Of a DNA stretch of 64,000 nt, positions 12,179 to 25,289 are shown piece after piece. Made by a program: the position numbers and the translations under genes. This DNA comes from Prorocentrum cordatum. Its lineage: Eukaryota. Under the pieces are notes generated by a model. That model saw nothing but the letters and a program-made list of their open reading frames with translations, was not told where the DNA came from and made no database searches. The stretch's first letter is position 1. Each line of letters begins with the position of its first letter. The DNA lies in the NCBI GenBank assembly GCA_963575745.1, contig CAUYUJ010000001.1:1984001-2048000 (forward strand), written 5' to 3'.

Positions 12179-13396
12179 ATGTCGGCGCACGACTGGGAGG
12201 CTCCAGACACCTGCCCAGAGATTATCGAGCTCCGCGGCGGAGAGCGGAGAGATGCTCCACGGCACAAGTTCTACGAGACGAAGACTAAGGGAAAGTACTG
12301 GCAGTGCGAGCTGTGTGGAAACCAGGTGACGGCAGGTCACCTTGCCAGCTCGGGTCATCAAGCTCGCATTGGAAACGGAGTTCCACCAGACCGTTCCTAC
12401 ATGGTGTATTGGGAGAAGTGGGTAAAGATCAAGATCGTCAAGGTCATTACCCACGAGTTCTACGGGGGCCCACCGTCGCAAGAAGACGATGATGGTCCTG
12501 CCGCCGCTGGCGCTGCCAGACCGCAGCTGGCGCTCCCAGCGCCGCAGTCACAGGCGACGCGGACGCCAGCAGATGCGGCGGCGGCGGCGGCGCCAGCAGC
12601 TGCGGCGGCGTCCGACAGGCAGACGGCAGCTCTGATCGAGAAGCAGAACCAGCTCGTTGTCTCTTTGGGCGAGCTGGTCGAGAAGCGCGACAGGCAGATG
12701 GAAGCTCTGATCGAGAAGCAGAACGACATGGTTGCGAGGGTGGCCGAGCTGGTCGAGAAGCACAGGGACGCATTCACCAGCCTGGTGAACACTCATACCC
12801 AGGTGGCCACGACTCAGGCCGAGCTGATCGGGAAGGTGGACGCTCTGATCGACAAGCTGGACGCTCACACCCCAACGAGGATGAACAGACTGATCGAGAC
12901 GGAGACCGAGCTGTCGGTGAAGCTGGACGCTCTGATCGGCAAGCTGAACGGGTCGGGCGCGGACCCACGGCTCGCAGCATCGGCGGCTTCGCACGGCGAC
13001 GGCACGGCGGCGGCGGTTTCGCATGGCGGCGGCATGGCGGCGGATAGCGGCGGCATGGGCGGCGCCGGCTGCATGACTCAGGATTATTTCGGCAGCGTCG
13101 GCCTGCCGGTCGGCGTCGATGGCGGCACGCATGGCTGCGACAGCAGCGGCGGCCTGGACCACGGCGCTCCGTTGGGCGCCGACAGCGGCGCGCAAGGCGG
13201 CGGCGGGGGCGGGGCTTGGGAGCAGTGGCAAGCCGACGGCGGCACGCAAGGTGGCGGCTGGGGCGAGGCTTGGCAGAGAGGCGGCAACGGCGGCGACGAC
13301 GGCACGGAAGACGGGTCGCAAGGCAACGGCAGGGGCGGCCCCTGGGCGTTTGCGGACGACCGCGGGGATCAGCGCGGCCGGGGTAGAGGCTGGTGA
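12179..13396 (+). CDS. Hypothetical protein: N-terminal C2H2-like Zn finger, repeated coiled coil, Gly-rich tail
   Basis: ATG 12179 (MSAHDW). Motif WQCELCGNQVTAGHLASSGH, then repeats DRQxxALIEKQNxxVxxxxELVEK and DALIxKL, then a G/W-rich C-terminus. Intronless, with GC-rich third positions. Confidence 0.65.
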   Translation: MSAHDWEAPDTCPEIIELRGGERRDAPRHKFYETKTKGKYWQCELCGNQVTAGHLASSGHQARIGNGVPPDRSYMVYWEKWVKIKIVKVITHEFYGGPPSQEDDDGPAAAGAARPQLALPAPQSQATRTPADAAAAAAPAAAAASDRQTAALIEKQNQLVVSLGELVEKRDRQMEALIEKQNDMVARVAELVEKHRDAFTSLVNTHTQVATTQAELIGKVDALIDKLDAHTPTRMNRLIETETELSVKLDALIGKLNGSGADPRLAASAASHGDGTAAAVSHGGGMAADSGGMGGAGCMTQDYFGSVGLPVGVDGGTHGCDSSGGLDHGAPLGADSGAQGGGGGGAWEQWQADGGTQGGGWGEAWQRGGNGGDDGTEDGSQGNGRGGPWAFADDRGDQRGRGRGW

Positions 13397-13547
13397 CAGT
13401 GGCGTGGTAACCATGCATGCCGCCGCATACGCATGAGCAAGCTGCTCTCTTTGAGCGCCTTTTGGTCGCGCTCCAGTGCGCTCGCAGTTCTCCACCACCC
13501 TTCTCCATCCATCTCTGACCTCTCCCACCCCCAGCCCTCCTCCTCCT

Positions 13548-13803
13548 CGCATCCAGTCCTCCTAAACCCCAGTCCTCACAATCCCCCCCACACTCCTGAG
13601 AGCACTCCACGAGGCAGCCCCGCTCAATAAGAGCAGAGGAACACGCGCATGCGGCGGCGCGCGAGGCACTGGTAGCAAAACTCTGTCTGTACGGTATCCT
13701 CTTCTTCGTCGTCGTCGTTGTCGCCGCCGCCGACGTCGTCTCGTCGCCGTCGTCGTCGTCGTCGTCGCCGCCGCCGCCGTCGTCGTTGCAGTCGCGGTCG
13801 CAA

Positions 13804-13834
<31 letters not shown>

Positions 13835-13870
13835 GGCCGTCGTCGTTGCCGTCGCCGTCGTCGTAGTGGT

Positions 13871-13902
<32 letters not shown>

Positions 13903-16900
13903 TCGTCGGCCGTCGTCGTCGTCGTCAGGGGGCCCCCTCAGAGGACTAAGATGGCCCAAAGACGGCATCAAGAGGGCCCCAAGAAGGCTACAAGAAGGAC
14001 ATATTTTTATTTGCTTGTACTTCCTTGAGGCCATCGTCTGCCAAAGCCCCTGAAGCCCCAAGACGCGAAGGAGGACGAGGATGGGGAGGCGGAGGAGGGG
14101 GGGGGAGAAGGGGGAGGGCGTGATCGCCGAGCGATGCACCTGATGTTCGACGCTTCGCGCATTCCCTTGAGCCCCTCCTCAAACGATGCCCAACGCAGCA
14201 ATGAAATGATGGGGATAGGAACGAGAAGGAAGGAGGCAGGGGACGAGGACGACGACGACAACGACGACGCCACTGCCCGTCTGTCCCCATTTTGTGCCGA
14301 GCGTGGCCCGCCGCTGCTCTGCCAATCATGCCCTCGCCCAGGCGCTCGCGCCCACCTCCTGGCGACATGGCCATGCCCAAGGCGCGGCCGCCGTTCAAGA
14401 AGCCCCGGCTCCAGATCCGGGCGACGCCCAAGCAGCGGCCGTCGTCCAAGATGCTGCCGCCCGAGCTCTGGCTCCAGTTTCAGCAGACGCCCGAGCTCCA
14501 GGGACCCGCGCCTGTGACGCCCCCCAGGCGTTCGCGTCGGGAGGACGGCGCGCGGCGGCGTCGCCGCATCGGCGGGCCGAAGCAGCCAGCATGTCCGCCG
14601 CCTACGCACCTCCTCAAGTCCCCCACGGAGGCGAAGTGCGACGGCGACGTCAGTGGCCAGGCGTCGGCATCGGCGGCGCGGACGGCGAGGCGCTCGGCAG
14701 TGCCAGTGCGCTTGTGGCACGGCGGGGCGGCGCAGTGGCAGTGCGCCTGTGGCGCCGACGGCGTCGTCAGGCGGGTGTTACACGAGATCATCATGACCAG
14801 CGGGGGGCTCGAGGCAAACTACACCGACGGCCCAATATACTGCTTCGAGTGCTGGCACCTGCTCCAGGAGGCCAGGCCCGACGTGGAGGGCATCATCATC
14901 GGCCCGCCCGATGCAAAGGTCCCAGAGGCCGACGTCGTCGAGGACCCGGAAGACGGCCATCAGCTCGTCAAAGAGGAGGCCGACGAAGAGGTCTCAGAGG
15001 ACGACATCGTGAAAGATGAGGACCCACAGGACGACCATCAGCTCGTCAAAGAGGAGGCCGAGGAAGAGGAGTACGCGATGGAGGCGGATGCCGCGGCGTG
15101 GGAGCTCATGAAGGACGACATCGTGAAAGATGAGGACCCACAGGACGACCATCAGCTCGTCAAAGAGGAGGCCGAGGAAGAGGAGTACGCGATGGAGGCG
15201 GATGCCGCGGCGTGGGAGCTCATGAAGGACGACATCGTGAAAGATGAGGACCCACAGGACGACCATCAGCTCGTCAAAGAGGAGGCCGAGGAAGAGGAGT
15301 ACGCGATGGAGGCGGATGCCGCGGCGTGGGAGCTCGTCAGCGCGGAGTCGGAGAACCCGCAGGAGGGGCCTCAGGAGGAGCCGCTTGCGGGCAATCCGCA
15401 CTGCAAGCAGCGTAGGGGGTGCATCGGACGCGCATCCTCACCAATGGTGAGGCACGTCTTCAAGTGGGGCGGGTGGCACTGGATCCCAGGCGACGTCTAC
15501 TGCACCCCGTGCTGGCAGTCCTTCTGCAGGGATCATCGGTTCAGTCGCCTCATGATGGCGGTGCCCTGGACACCCCCGGTGCGGGACCCTCAGACCGATT
15601 GATTGCGAGATGGCCCAGGGTTTGTGCGGTGTGAGGCTTGTACACAGTTGAGAGTTGAAGCATTGCTGTAGGCTTTCGGCGGGGACGCTGACGCAACTGA
15701 GCTCCTCCGGTCCCGCCGGAAGAAGGTCCAACCTAGCCCTCGCCTCCTGGCCCTCGCCCTTCTGCTCAACCTCCTGCTCGCCCTCCCCTTCTCCTCGCCC
15801 TCCCCTTCTCCTCGCCCTCGCCCTCCTGCTCACTCGCCCTCCTTCTCACCCTCTCCTCCTCCTGCTGCTCCCCCTCCTCCTCCCCCTCCTCCTCCTCCTC
15901 CTTCTTCTCCTCCTCCTCCTCCTCCTCTGCGCCCTCCCCCTCGCCCCCCGCGGCCAGGTGCCGACCAGCGGCGACGAGGTCAGGGGCATCGTGGCCGCGG
16001 ATGTCAACGCGTCCGAGGAGCGCGTCGGCGATCCCCCAGTCTTACCCTCCTCGTCCTCCTCTTCCCCCTACTCCACCCTCTCTTCCCTCCCCCTATTCGT
16101 CCTCCTCCTATTCGTCCTCCACCCTCTCTTACCTCTCTTACCTCCTCCTCGTGTTCTACCTCATCCTGTCCCTCGTCCTTATGCTCACCCTCCTCGTCTT
16201 TCCCCTCGCCCCTTAGCTTTCGTCCTCCCCTCGTCCCCCCAGGAGGCTCTAAGGGGCCAAGACTACAGCGACGGCAGCTTCCGCGGCAAGGCCGTGGACG
16301 GCATGACGATCTACGAAGACGAAGAAGGGCTCCGAGGGGCCAAGTCTACAGCGACGGCAGCTTCCGCGGCGAGGCCGCGGACGGGCATGAAGATACGAAG
16401 AAGACGAAGAAGGACTCCAAGGGGCCCAGACTACAGCGACGGCAGCTTCCGCGGCGAGGCCGTGGACGGCATGGCGATACGAAGAAGACGAAGAAGGGCT
16501 CCAAGGGGCCTAGACTACAGCGACGGCAGCTTCCGCGGCGAGGCCGTGGACGGCATGACGATACGAAGAAGACGAAGAAGGGCTCCAAAGGGCCCAGACT
16601 ACAGCGACGGCAGCTTCCGCGGCGAGGCCGTGGACGGGGCCGATCTACGAAGCAAGTTGCACCGCATGCGGCGCAGGTGATGGAGAGGAGGGCAAAGAGG
16701 GGGAACAGGCAAAGAGGGCGAGGACGGGAAGGGGGCAGGAGGGGGATGAGGGGTCCGGGATAAGGAAGAGGAGGAGGAGGAGGAGGAGGAGGAGGAGGAG
16801 GAGGAGGAGGAGGCGGAGGCGGAGGCGGAGGAGGAGGTGGAGGAGGAGGAGGAGGAGGAGAAAGAAGAGGAGGAGGAGTGGGTGAGAAGGAAGAGGAGGA

Positions 16901-17480
16901 GAGGGTGAGGGCGGGGTGCCATAGGGACAACTGGTACGAGGTGATGATCCACACGGGGGTCTTGGCACCGGGGCTCAGGGTGAGGGAGCGCGGCATCCCT
17001 CGTGCGTGGCCGCGTGTGGGAGGGACACCGACATCAGCGACAACGCGGGTTCCAGCAATGACAGCGACGTCAGCGACAACACGAACGCCTACGTCAGCGA
17101 GATCAGTAGCGACAACGCGAACGCCTGCGACTGACGTCAGCGACAACGTCAGCGACGTCAGCGACAACGCGAGTGCCCACGACCGACGTCAGCGACAACG
17201 CGGGTTCCAGCAGGCCGAATAAACATCTCCCCTACTCTCCCCCTACCACTCCACTCCCTTTCCCATCCTCCATCCTCATCCTCCGACTCCTCCTGGTCCT
17301 TCTCGTCCTCTCCCTCGCCCCCCTCCCATCCACCTCCTCCTGTTTGTCCTCTGTCTCCCCCTTATCCCCCCTATCCTCCTCGTCGGCCCGTTACTACAGC
17401 GACGGCAGCTTCCGCGGCGAGGCCGTAGACGGCATGACGATCTACGAAGCAATTTGCACCGCATGCGGCGCAGGTGATGC
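13548..17480 (+). repeat. Segmental duplication, copy 2 (of 1-3944)
   Basis: Direct comparison with 1-3944. Confidence 0.97.
14328..15602 (+). CDS. Second copy of the double-CxxC / acidic-repeat hypothetical protein
   Basis: Differs from 786..2060 by about 7 substitutions (e.g. W/R, G/D, C/R). Confidence 0.6.
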   Translation: MPSPRRSRPPPGDMAMPKARPPFKKPRLQIRATPKQRPSSKMLPPELWLQFQQTPELQGPAPVTPPRRSRREDGARRRRRIGGPKQPACPPPTHLLKSPTEAKCDGDVSGQASASAARTARRSAVPVRLWHGGAAQWQCACGADGVVRRVLHEIIMTSGGLEANYTDGPIYCFECWHLLQEARPDVEGIIIGPPDAKVPEADVVEDPEDGHQLVKEEADEEVSEDDIVKDEDPQDDHQLVKEEAEEEEYAMEADAAAWELMKDDIVKDEDPQDDHQLVKEEAEEEEYAMEADAAAWELMKDDIVKDEDPQDDHQLVKEEAEEEEYAMEADAAAWELVSAESENPQEGPQEEPLAGNPHCKQRRGCIGRASSPMVRHVFKWGGWHWIPGDVYCTPCWQSFCRDHRFSRLMMAVPWTPPVRDPQTD

Positions 17481-17905
17481 AGAGGAGGGCGGAGAGGGGG
17501 AACGGGCAGGGCGGACACGGGGAGATGCATAACTGGAGCAAGAGGGCGAGGAAGGGAAGGGGGCAGGAGGGGGATGAGGGGAGGAGGAGGAGGAGGAGGA
17601 GGAGGAGGAGGAGGAGGAGGAGGAGGAGGAGGAGGAGGAGGGGGAGGAGGGGGAGGAGGAGGAGGAGGAGGAGGAGGAGGAGGAGGAGGAGAGGAGGAGG
17701 AGGAGGGGGAGGAGGAGGAAGAGGAGGAGGAGGAGGAGGAGGAGGAGGAGGAGGAGTAGAAGAATGAGGAGGGAGAGGAAGAGGGGAAGCCCCCGAGGTG
17801 AGTGCAGGTCCGCAGGGTTTCGGACGCGCCAGAGCTCGTGGTCAGAGCTCGTGGCCTGAAAGGGCGTCACGTCATCGTCGCCGCCGCCGCCGCCGCCGCC
17901 GCCAT

Positions 17906-18015
<110 letters not shown>

Positions 18016-18031
18016 GGTCGTGGTCGTCGTG

Positions 18032-18087
<56 letters not shown>

Positions 18088-18579
18088 AGTCATCGTCGTC
18101 GTCGTTGCCGTCGACGTCGTCGTCGTCTTCGTCGGGGCGACGAGGAGGGGTTTGGGGAGGGGAGGGGGTTGAGGGGGCTTCACGTCGAGGTTTGAACCTC
18201 GGACCTCGAGGATGGAGGTTCGAGGCGTTCTGGCCTTTGGTGGCCGTCCTTGTCGCCGCGGCTGGACGCAGCTCGAAGAGCTGGTGCGTTTGGACCCCAG
18301 GAAGAATCCGGGGGCCCATTTTGAGCGGATTTGGGCCGAGGGGGGAGGAGGGGGAGGAGGAGGAGGAGGGCGACGACGATGAAGAAGACTACAGTAGGAA
18401 GAGAAAGAGGAGCGCAAGGAGCTGCCCCCGCCTCCTCCTCCTCCTCCTCCTCCTCCTCCTCCTCGTCCTCCTTTCTGCTTGGCGCTTCCCCTCCCTCCCG
18501 CCCACCCTCCATCCCTCCTCCCTCCCCGCGTCCCCCCGCCCCCCCTCCCGCCCATTGCGCCCCCCCAGTCCCGTCGCTT

Positions 18580-18637
<58 letters not shown>

Positions 18638-18734
18638 TCACATGGCTCACGCCATTCCGCCGACCCCCAGATGGAGCGGCCGCTTGCAATGGCTCGCGCC
18701 GTTCCGCCGACCCGCAGAAGGAGCGACCGCTTGG

Positions 18735-18799
18735 CTGCCACACATATTCCCTCGCTCTTGGCCCAAGAGGGTCCAAGAGCGAGGGAATATGTGTGGCAG
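18735..18799. repeat. Perfect hairpin with a 27-bp stem and 11-nt loop
   Basis: ctgccacacatattccctcgctcttgg-cccaagagggt-ccaagagcgagggaatatgtgtggcag. Confidence 0.95.
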
Positions 18800-19762
18800 G
18801 CTCCAGTATGATTCCCAAGAGCTCCCAAGATAGTTGCAAGGTCATTGCGGTCCAAGAAATCCCCCCATAAGAAGGGCGTGTTGGGAAGATGATGTGGAGG
18901 GGGATGAGGAGGGGGATGCGAGGGGCACACGGGAGCTGAGGAGGGATGATGATGTGGAGGGGGATGATGGGGGTCACGGAGTAGGAGGAGGAGAAGAAGG
19001 AGGAGGACGAGGAGGAGGAGGAGGAGGAGGAGGGGGAGGAGGAGGAGGGGGAGGAGGCGGTGGGGGAGGAGGAGGAGGGGAAGGGGAAGGAGGAGGAGGA
19101 GGAGGAGGAGGATGAGGAGGAGGAGGCGGAGGCGGAGGAGGAGGAGGAGGGGGGGGAGGAGGAGGGGAAGGAAAAGGCGGAGGGGAGGAGGCGGAGGAGG
19201 GGGAGGCGGCGGAGGAGGAGGCGGAGGCGGAGGAGGAGGAGGAGGAGGAGGCGGAGGAGGCGGATGCGGAGGAGGAGGAGGAGGAGGAGGAGGAGGAGGA
19301 GGAGGAGGAGGAGGAAGAAGAGGGTGCCCGCCCAGGTGGCGGTGTTCGTAGTGCTCGAGACAATTCTTCGCTTTCTGCGTATCCCCACGACGCCCATCCA
19401 AAAGCCCCGGAATGGAAGTACGGCCAGATTTTTTGTTCTTGTGAATGTAGCCGAAAGCCCGAGGGCACAAACCACTCCTACGTGTTCGCGCCGCAACCCG
19501 GGAGCGCGGATCATTCGTACGTGTTCTAAGAGAGTCGCGCCGCGCGGAGTGCGCGAGGCCGCTCCTAGCATGCATTCTGCATGCTGCTGCATGCTGCATG
19601 CTGCATGCAACATGCAAAACCATCCTCCACTTCATCTACATCTCACCATCCACCGGATATGATGAGATGTACGTGGGCGAGGAAGAGGAGGAGCAGCAGG
19701 ATCAGCAGCACCAGGGGCAGAGGAGGTACGAGGAGTGTCGTCGTCGTCGTCGCCGCCGCCAC

Positions 19763-19888
<126 letters not shown>

Positions 19889-19890
19889 GT

Positions 19891-19934
<44 letters not shown>

Positions 19935-21415
19935 TTCGTCGTCTTCGTCGTCGTCGTCGTCTTCGTCGTTGTCGCCCCGCCCAAGTGGCGATGTGCGTGC
20001 TGCACCAAGCGAAGCGCATCGCGGAGCGCGATGCGGCGATGCGCATTGCCGCCCGTGGAACCCTGTGCCGCTCATACTTCTCCCCTTCTTTCCACTCTTC
20101 TTCTTCCTCTTCCTCTCTCCTCTTCTCTTTTCCTCTCTCCTCTTTCCCTTGCGTATTATTATTTCCTCTCTCCTCTTCTTCCCCCCTATATATTACGTAT
20201 GGGCCCGATGTTTTTAGATGGGATGCGGTTGGAAGCGGCGGTCCTCACATGATGTATGATAAAAATATGACAATGATTCATGAAAATAAGAACTGCACAG
20301 AAGGGACGGGGGCCCTGGGGGCCCGCCGTGACTCCCGCTCTGCAGGCTCAATAAGCGGAAGGACCGCATGCGGCGCCGTGTCATTGGATCCTTCGGTGGA
20401 GATCTTTGCGGGGCTACGAATTATGCGTGGTGTGTGCCGAAATTGGCCGGAGGCCGCATGCGGTAGCATGCTGCTGAAGCTTTCGGTAGAGCCACGAAAC
20501 GTGTGATGGGTGTGCCGAGGTGGGCGGGGGGATGCGCCGCATGCCGCCACTGAGGCCTTCGATGTGCCGCCAGCGGCGGGGGGGGCCGCATGCCGCATGC
20601 CGCATGCGGCGCCATGCCACTGAGGTCTTCGGTGGAGCTCCCTGTGGGGCCACGAAATGTGTGAGGGGCGTGCCGACATGGGCGGGGTGGGCGTGCGTGC
20701 CATGACACGGAGGCCTTTTGGTGGAGTTCCTTGTGGGGCCGCGAAATGCGAGAGGAGTCCGAATGCGTTTGAGACCTTCGGTGAAGCTTCCTATGGGGCG
20801 CGTGAGGGGGAGGAGGATGGAGGGGGAAGTGGGAAGAAGGATGAGGAAGGTGAGACGCGGGGCGCTGCGGATTCAAAACGAGCATTAACATACCTTATCT
20901 GGGCGGCATGTGCGCACTACGAATACGAATCTGGGCGGCCAGTGCGCTGGGGAGAGCGCGGGGGCGACCAAACCAACATCAAAGCTCCAGCCGGCACGAA
21001 GGACTGCGAAAGTGCCCCCTCGTGACTCCCTCCCCCTTCTCGATCATCCGCCTTCCTCCACCTTCTCTGTTGGGCGGAGGTGGTCTAGCGCGGTTCCTCT
21101 CCCAACCCCATTGTTCCTCTTCGGGGAAGGGGTTAAGACTCCTCCTCCTGCCCCTTCCCTTGGGCATGGATGAGGGTACTGCGAGGGATTCGAAGGTCCA
21201 AGATGGTTCCAACATTGTTTTCCATAGCTCAAAACAGCCTCCGAGATGGCCCAAAACAGCGCGCTCCAAGATTCCCCCAAGAAGTTCCGCGACCGCACCA
21301 AGACGGGCCCAAGTGGCCACAGAGACTCACGACGAGGCCGCCAAGAGGCCCGAATCGCTAAAATGCATTATTCCCGACACTCCAGGGTAAAGTTGGGTAT
21401 TGGTTTTGGGCGATT

Positions 21416-21555
21416 GAATAAACGTAATGTATGTCAATTTCGGTTTTCGGAACATGAATAAAAGTAATTTGTGTAATTTCCGTTTTCCCGCAAGTGAATA
21501 AAAGTAATTTATGTAATTTCCGTTTTCCCGCAAGTGAATAAAAGTAATTTATGTT
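21416..21555 (+). repeat. AT-rich ~40-bp tandem repeat, about 3.5 copies
   Basis: Units read gaataaaagtaattt(a/g)tgtaatttccgttttcccgcaagt. Confidence 0.9.
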
Positions 21556-21753
21556 CCCTCCTTTTGGGGTTTCGGTTCGTGGTCGGCCAGGTAGTACGAT
21601 TGGCCCCCATCAGCCTATGACGCCCGAGCGGGCCTGCATGCGCCGCCGTTCCGACCGACGTTCCCGCAGTGGCCTGTTTTTTTCAGATACAGGTCCGAGC
21701 CCGCCGACCGACTCGCCGCATAACCTGGCGAGCACCAACTTCCCAGCGGCCGG

Positions 21754-22100
21754 TTAGGCGTCATCGTCCACGCTGGCGCCTGGACTAACCTCCGGCGGTT
21801 GTGTTTCGCGAGATGAACCTGGCCGACAGAGCCCAGAAGGCGAAGCTTGAGCCCGCGGAGGAGATCGAGCTGCCGACTCCATTGCACGGGGCAGGAGTGA
21901 GCAACGGCTCGCAGGTTGCGCATTGGCAGGTACACTCCCCCATCGCAGTTACCACCCGCGACGGCGTGAGCACGCAGCGCAGCACGCGTGCTCCCGCACT
22001 GGGGGGCGACGGCTTTGATCTCCCAGCCATGCTCGGCCTGCAGTCCGCGCGGCCTATCTGCCGGTTTGAGGAGACGGGCCTCGCGCGCAAATTCCTCGCG
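21754..22100 (+). pseudogene. Retropepsin (aspartic protease) remnant
   Basis: LGVIVHAGAWTNL (a degenerate VDxGA motif), a frameshift, then DLPAMLGL. Confidence 0.55.
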
Positions 22101-22344
22101 CTTCTTGGCCCCGAAGTCCGCGAAATCAATTGGCTCCCAGGCGCTATACATTCCGAGTTAGATGGCGTCGGCCCCAAGTGGCCACCAACGCATACCAGTT
22201 GACAACTTTGATCGACTCCAGCCACCAACATGGGGACTACCACCGAAACAGCTCACACAGCTAGCAGTGAGCAGCAACCACCAGGACAACGACAACAGCG
22301 ACGGCCGCGAGTTCAAGAAGCTCAAGATCCATCTTGCAAGCCCC

Positions 22345-22660
22345 AACGCACGAGCACATGCGCCGGGCGCGCTTCAGGCGGGAGGCCGCGACCTGCACGC
22401 CGGCGCGGACGTCGGCGTTGCGACGTGTGGTTGCGAACTGGCGTCTACTGGCGCGGCAGCTCTTGCGCCGCCGGGCACCTACCTTCGGATCGCGTCGCGC
22501 GCAGGACTAGCTCTCAAGGGTGCCGTCGTCGAGGGCGGAGCAGTGAACCCCGACGCCCGCGGCGAGATCCAGGTGATCACGCACAACGCCAGCCCGCGGA
22601 CGTTCGCGGTCGAGCGGAGCCGAGGGGTCGCCCAAGTCACTTTACTGGTACGCATCATCG
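22345..22660 (+). pseudogene. dut: dUTPase domain inside the retrotransposon, degenerate
   Basis: DLHA..ASTG..APPGTYLRIASRAGLALKG..VEGGAVNPDARGEIQVITHN...RGVAQ follows trimeric dUTPase motifs I-IV (DL; RSG; GVIDxDYRGE; RIAQ). Confidence 0.85.
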
Positions 22661-23985
22661 TGGATTCCGAGACCGTTGTCTTTTCCAATTTTCCTCCATT
22701 TTTTGTGGATCCAGGGGCTCTGGACACGCCTGCGCGACGCGCCTCAGCGACGACCTCATTCCGCTGGAATCGGGCACCACAGCGTCACCAGGGCCCCCCG
22801 GTATCTGCGTCGCCGAAGACCCCGCGCAGCAGCCCCATTGGGAGGAGGACGGGTCAGCCCGCGCGGCGGGCCCGGCCGACCTGCCCCAGCAAATTTGGGC
22901 AACGGGGCCAGGACGCCCCGTCTGGGCCCTGGAGAGGAGACGGGGCGCGCCACGAACACTACAGTATCACGGCTTCGACGTCATGCGCACGGCCGAGTTC
23001 GACGGGCGCAGCCTGGGCGTTGGCCGGTAGCACATCCCAAGCTCCACCTGCAGCGTGGCGCGGATCACCCACGACACGGACCGCGACGAGAAAGACTTCA
23101 TTCTCGACCCCTTTCCCGATTGGCGCCCCCGAGTCATGGAACCTGGCGCCGGGGTCGCGGCCCACGGCCGCCGCGGCCAACTATGGAAACGACCGCCAGT
23201 GCGACAGGTGATGGATGCGCGCGTGCCCCTCCTGACACAGCGCAGGGCCTGCCGCGTGCCCTTGGTTCCAGAAGCCAAACGCAGCAGCGCAGTTTGCGCG
23301 GTGCTTGCTGGGGCGCCCATCTGCAACCAGCTGCGCGGGCGGCGGGGCGATCGTCAGCCGGAGGGCGCGCGCGGCCTCGATGCGCCGCGAGGCCCAGCGT
23401 TGCGCGCCATGCTGCATAAGCACTTCAATCAGCGCGGGCGCGACACGAATGCGCGCCCTCGACGAGGCGCGACGGCAGCTTGCGCGCCAGACTCGAACGC
23501 GCCCCCCAGTCCCACGGGCACGCGCAGACGCGACGCCAAGCCGCTCACAACGCCACGCGACGCCCAGCGACGCGCACAGGACCACAGAACACGAACATCC
23601 CGCAGCAGCACAGTTCGAGGACGACCTGAACGGTCAGTCCCGGGGGCCTCAGAAAACGAAGAGAAAGAAGGACCGTGCGCCCAAGGCACCTACGCGGGCC
23701 GCGGAGGGGCCAGCGCGACGACTGCGGCACTGACTTCACAGGTCTGGCCCCGCATTTTCTGGGCATCCCAGCCATTGGCCAGCGCGGTCGCGCCGACGAT
23801 CGCGACGACGACGACCTCCACAGCAGCCTTGCCTCAGGCTTGCCCACGCGGTGGTTTCGGGGCTCTTCGGCTCCGGCATCGGATCGCCATCCGGCGATTG
23901 CTCAAAAGTCACGGCCCAAAACGTCATAGTCTACCTAGTTCGACGAAATATACCACCTCCTCACTCACCCTACCTCCGTCGATAC

Positions 23986-24630
23986 GGCATTGACATCATG
24001 GAGACAGGCGGTGAGGAGGCGCGGGCCAGCAGACTCGCCGTCCGCCGCCGCCTCAGAGCGGGCGCCAACTTCGACTGAGCAACAGGTTTGTTCATCGACG
24101 ACGAGAACCAGCAGAGAGCCCTGGCGCGACATATCCGACACAATCGACCCTCAGTGGTCACCATGGGTCCCATCTGCTAGCCTTTCGGTCGTTAGGCCAT
24201 TTTCAATTACGTATGCAACTGCCGCACTTGGCTGCGCTCCTACGCGGACGGGGCCCGATCGGCCGACTCTGTGGCTACATGGCACTGCTACAGCTGCAGC
24301 TCGGCGGCTACTTCGCCAACGAGCTGCCCGACCCATCGCGGCCGTTCGTCGAGCCGCCTTGGAAGGTGGCGCCGGCAGTACCGGGCGCGCGCAAGGTCAT
24401 CTTCAACCGGCGCCAACTGGGACTTCGAAATCGTTGCGCGGGTATTTTGAGAGACCACTGGCCTGGTCTCCAACGCCCCAGGGCACCTCGAGCAGTTCGA
24501 GAGCCTCAAGTGCACCAGAATGCGCGCCCGCGTGCACGTCGGGGGCCGCAGCAGCACCGACGCCCAGGTCTGGCTTTGAAAGATGGACGAGCGGCTCGTC
24601 CGGGGCATCGTGGACTTACGCCGCCGCCTG
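23986..24630 (+). pseudogene. C5 cytosine-methyltransferase-like domain remnant in the copia pol
   Basis: Read across stops and frameshifts: IDIMETGGEEARAS (motif I-like), ANFD*ATG, VVTMGPIC*PF (PxC, motif IV), YFANELP (ENP-like, motif VI), FNRRQLG, LVSN..LKC, AQVWL*KMDERLV. Collinear with the domains at 42700-43432 and 45240-45985. Confidence 0.6.
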
Positions 24631-25289
24631 AAACGCTCGCATCTCGCGAACTATGTTCGCGAATGCGACGTCGAAACAGCAGCCTGTCCAGCAGCGGCCT
24701 CCCGGGCCACAGCGGGCGAAATCGGGGGCGCCATGGCCGCCGAGCGCGCGCGCTACTCGCGCAAGGCGCGCCGGCGCAACGCGCGGTCACTTTCGCCCAT
24801 GTGCTCCCGAGAAACGGCAACTAGCAGGCATCCTAACGGCGCCCGGCTGCGCTGGGAATGCCCAGGCTGCCGCGAGGAGAAAGAACGCGATCTCCCTGCG
24901 CGCGCCCGCGAGTTAAGCAAGCGCAGGTTCGCGGGCCCGCGCAGACGGCCGCGCCCGCGCGCCAGCCAACGCCCCCAAGCACCAGCGCGACCGGGAGGAC
25001 CAGCAAGCTCAACTGCCTGGAGGAGCCGACCTCGGAGCAGCAGACGAACTCGACTTGCCGCCGGCACCCGCAGGCGCGCTCATCGCCCAGCGTTGGAGCT
25101 CAGGGTGGCGTTTCCGGCAATTCAGCTGGACCACGACTACGAGCCAGTGCAGCAACCAGTTGAGTACCGAGACGTTCAGCACCGCGAGCTGCCGACGCCT
25201 CTGCGGGCAATCCAGCGCCTGCTGGCTGGGCTCGCTTCGACATCACCACGCCACTACGAGCGCCACGTGGCGACTCGCACGAGACATTT

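Noticed and set aside
20900..21700. LTR or gag for the copia element
   Set aside because: I found no matching direct repeat near 28.9-29.1 kb and no gag motif. The element appears truncated at both ends.
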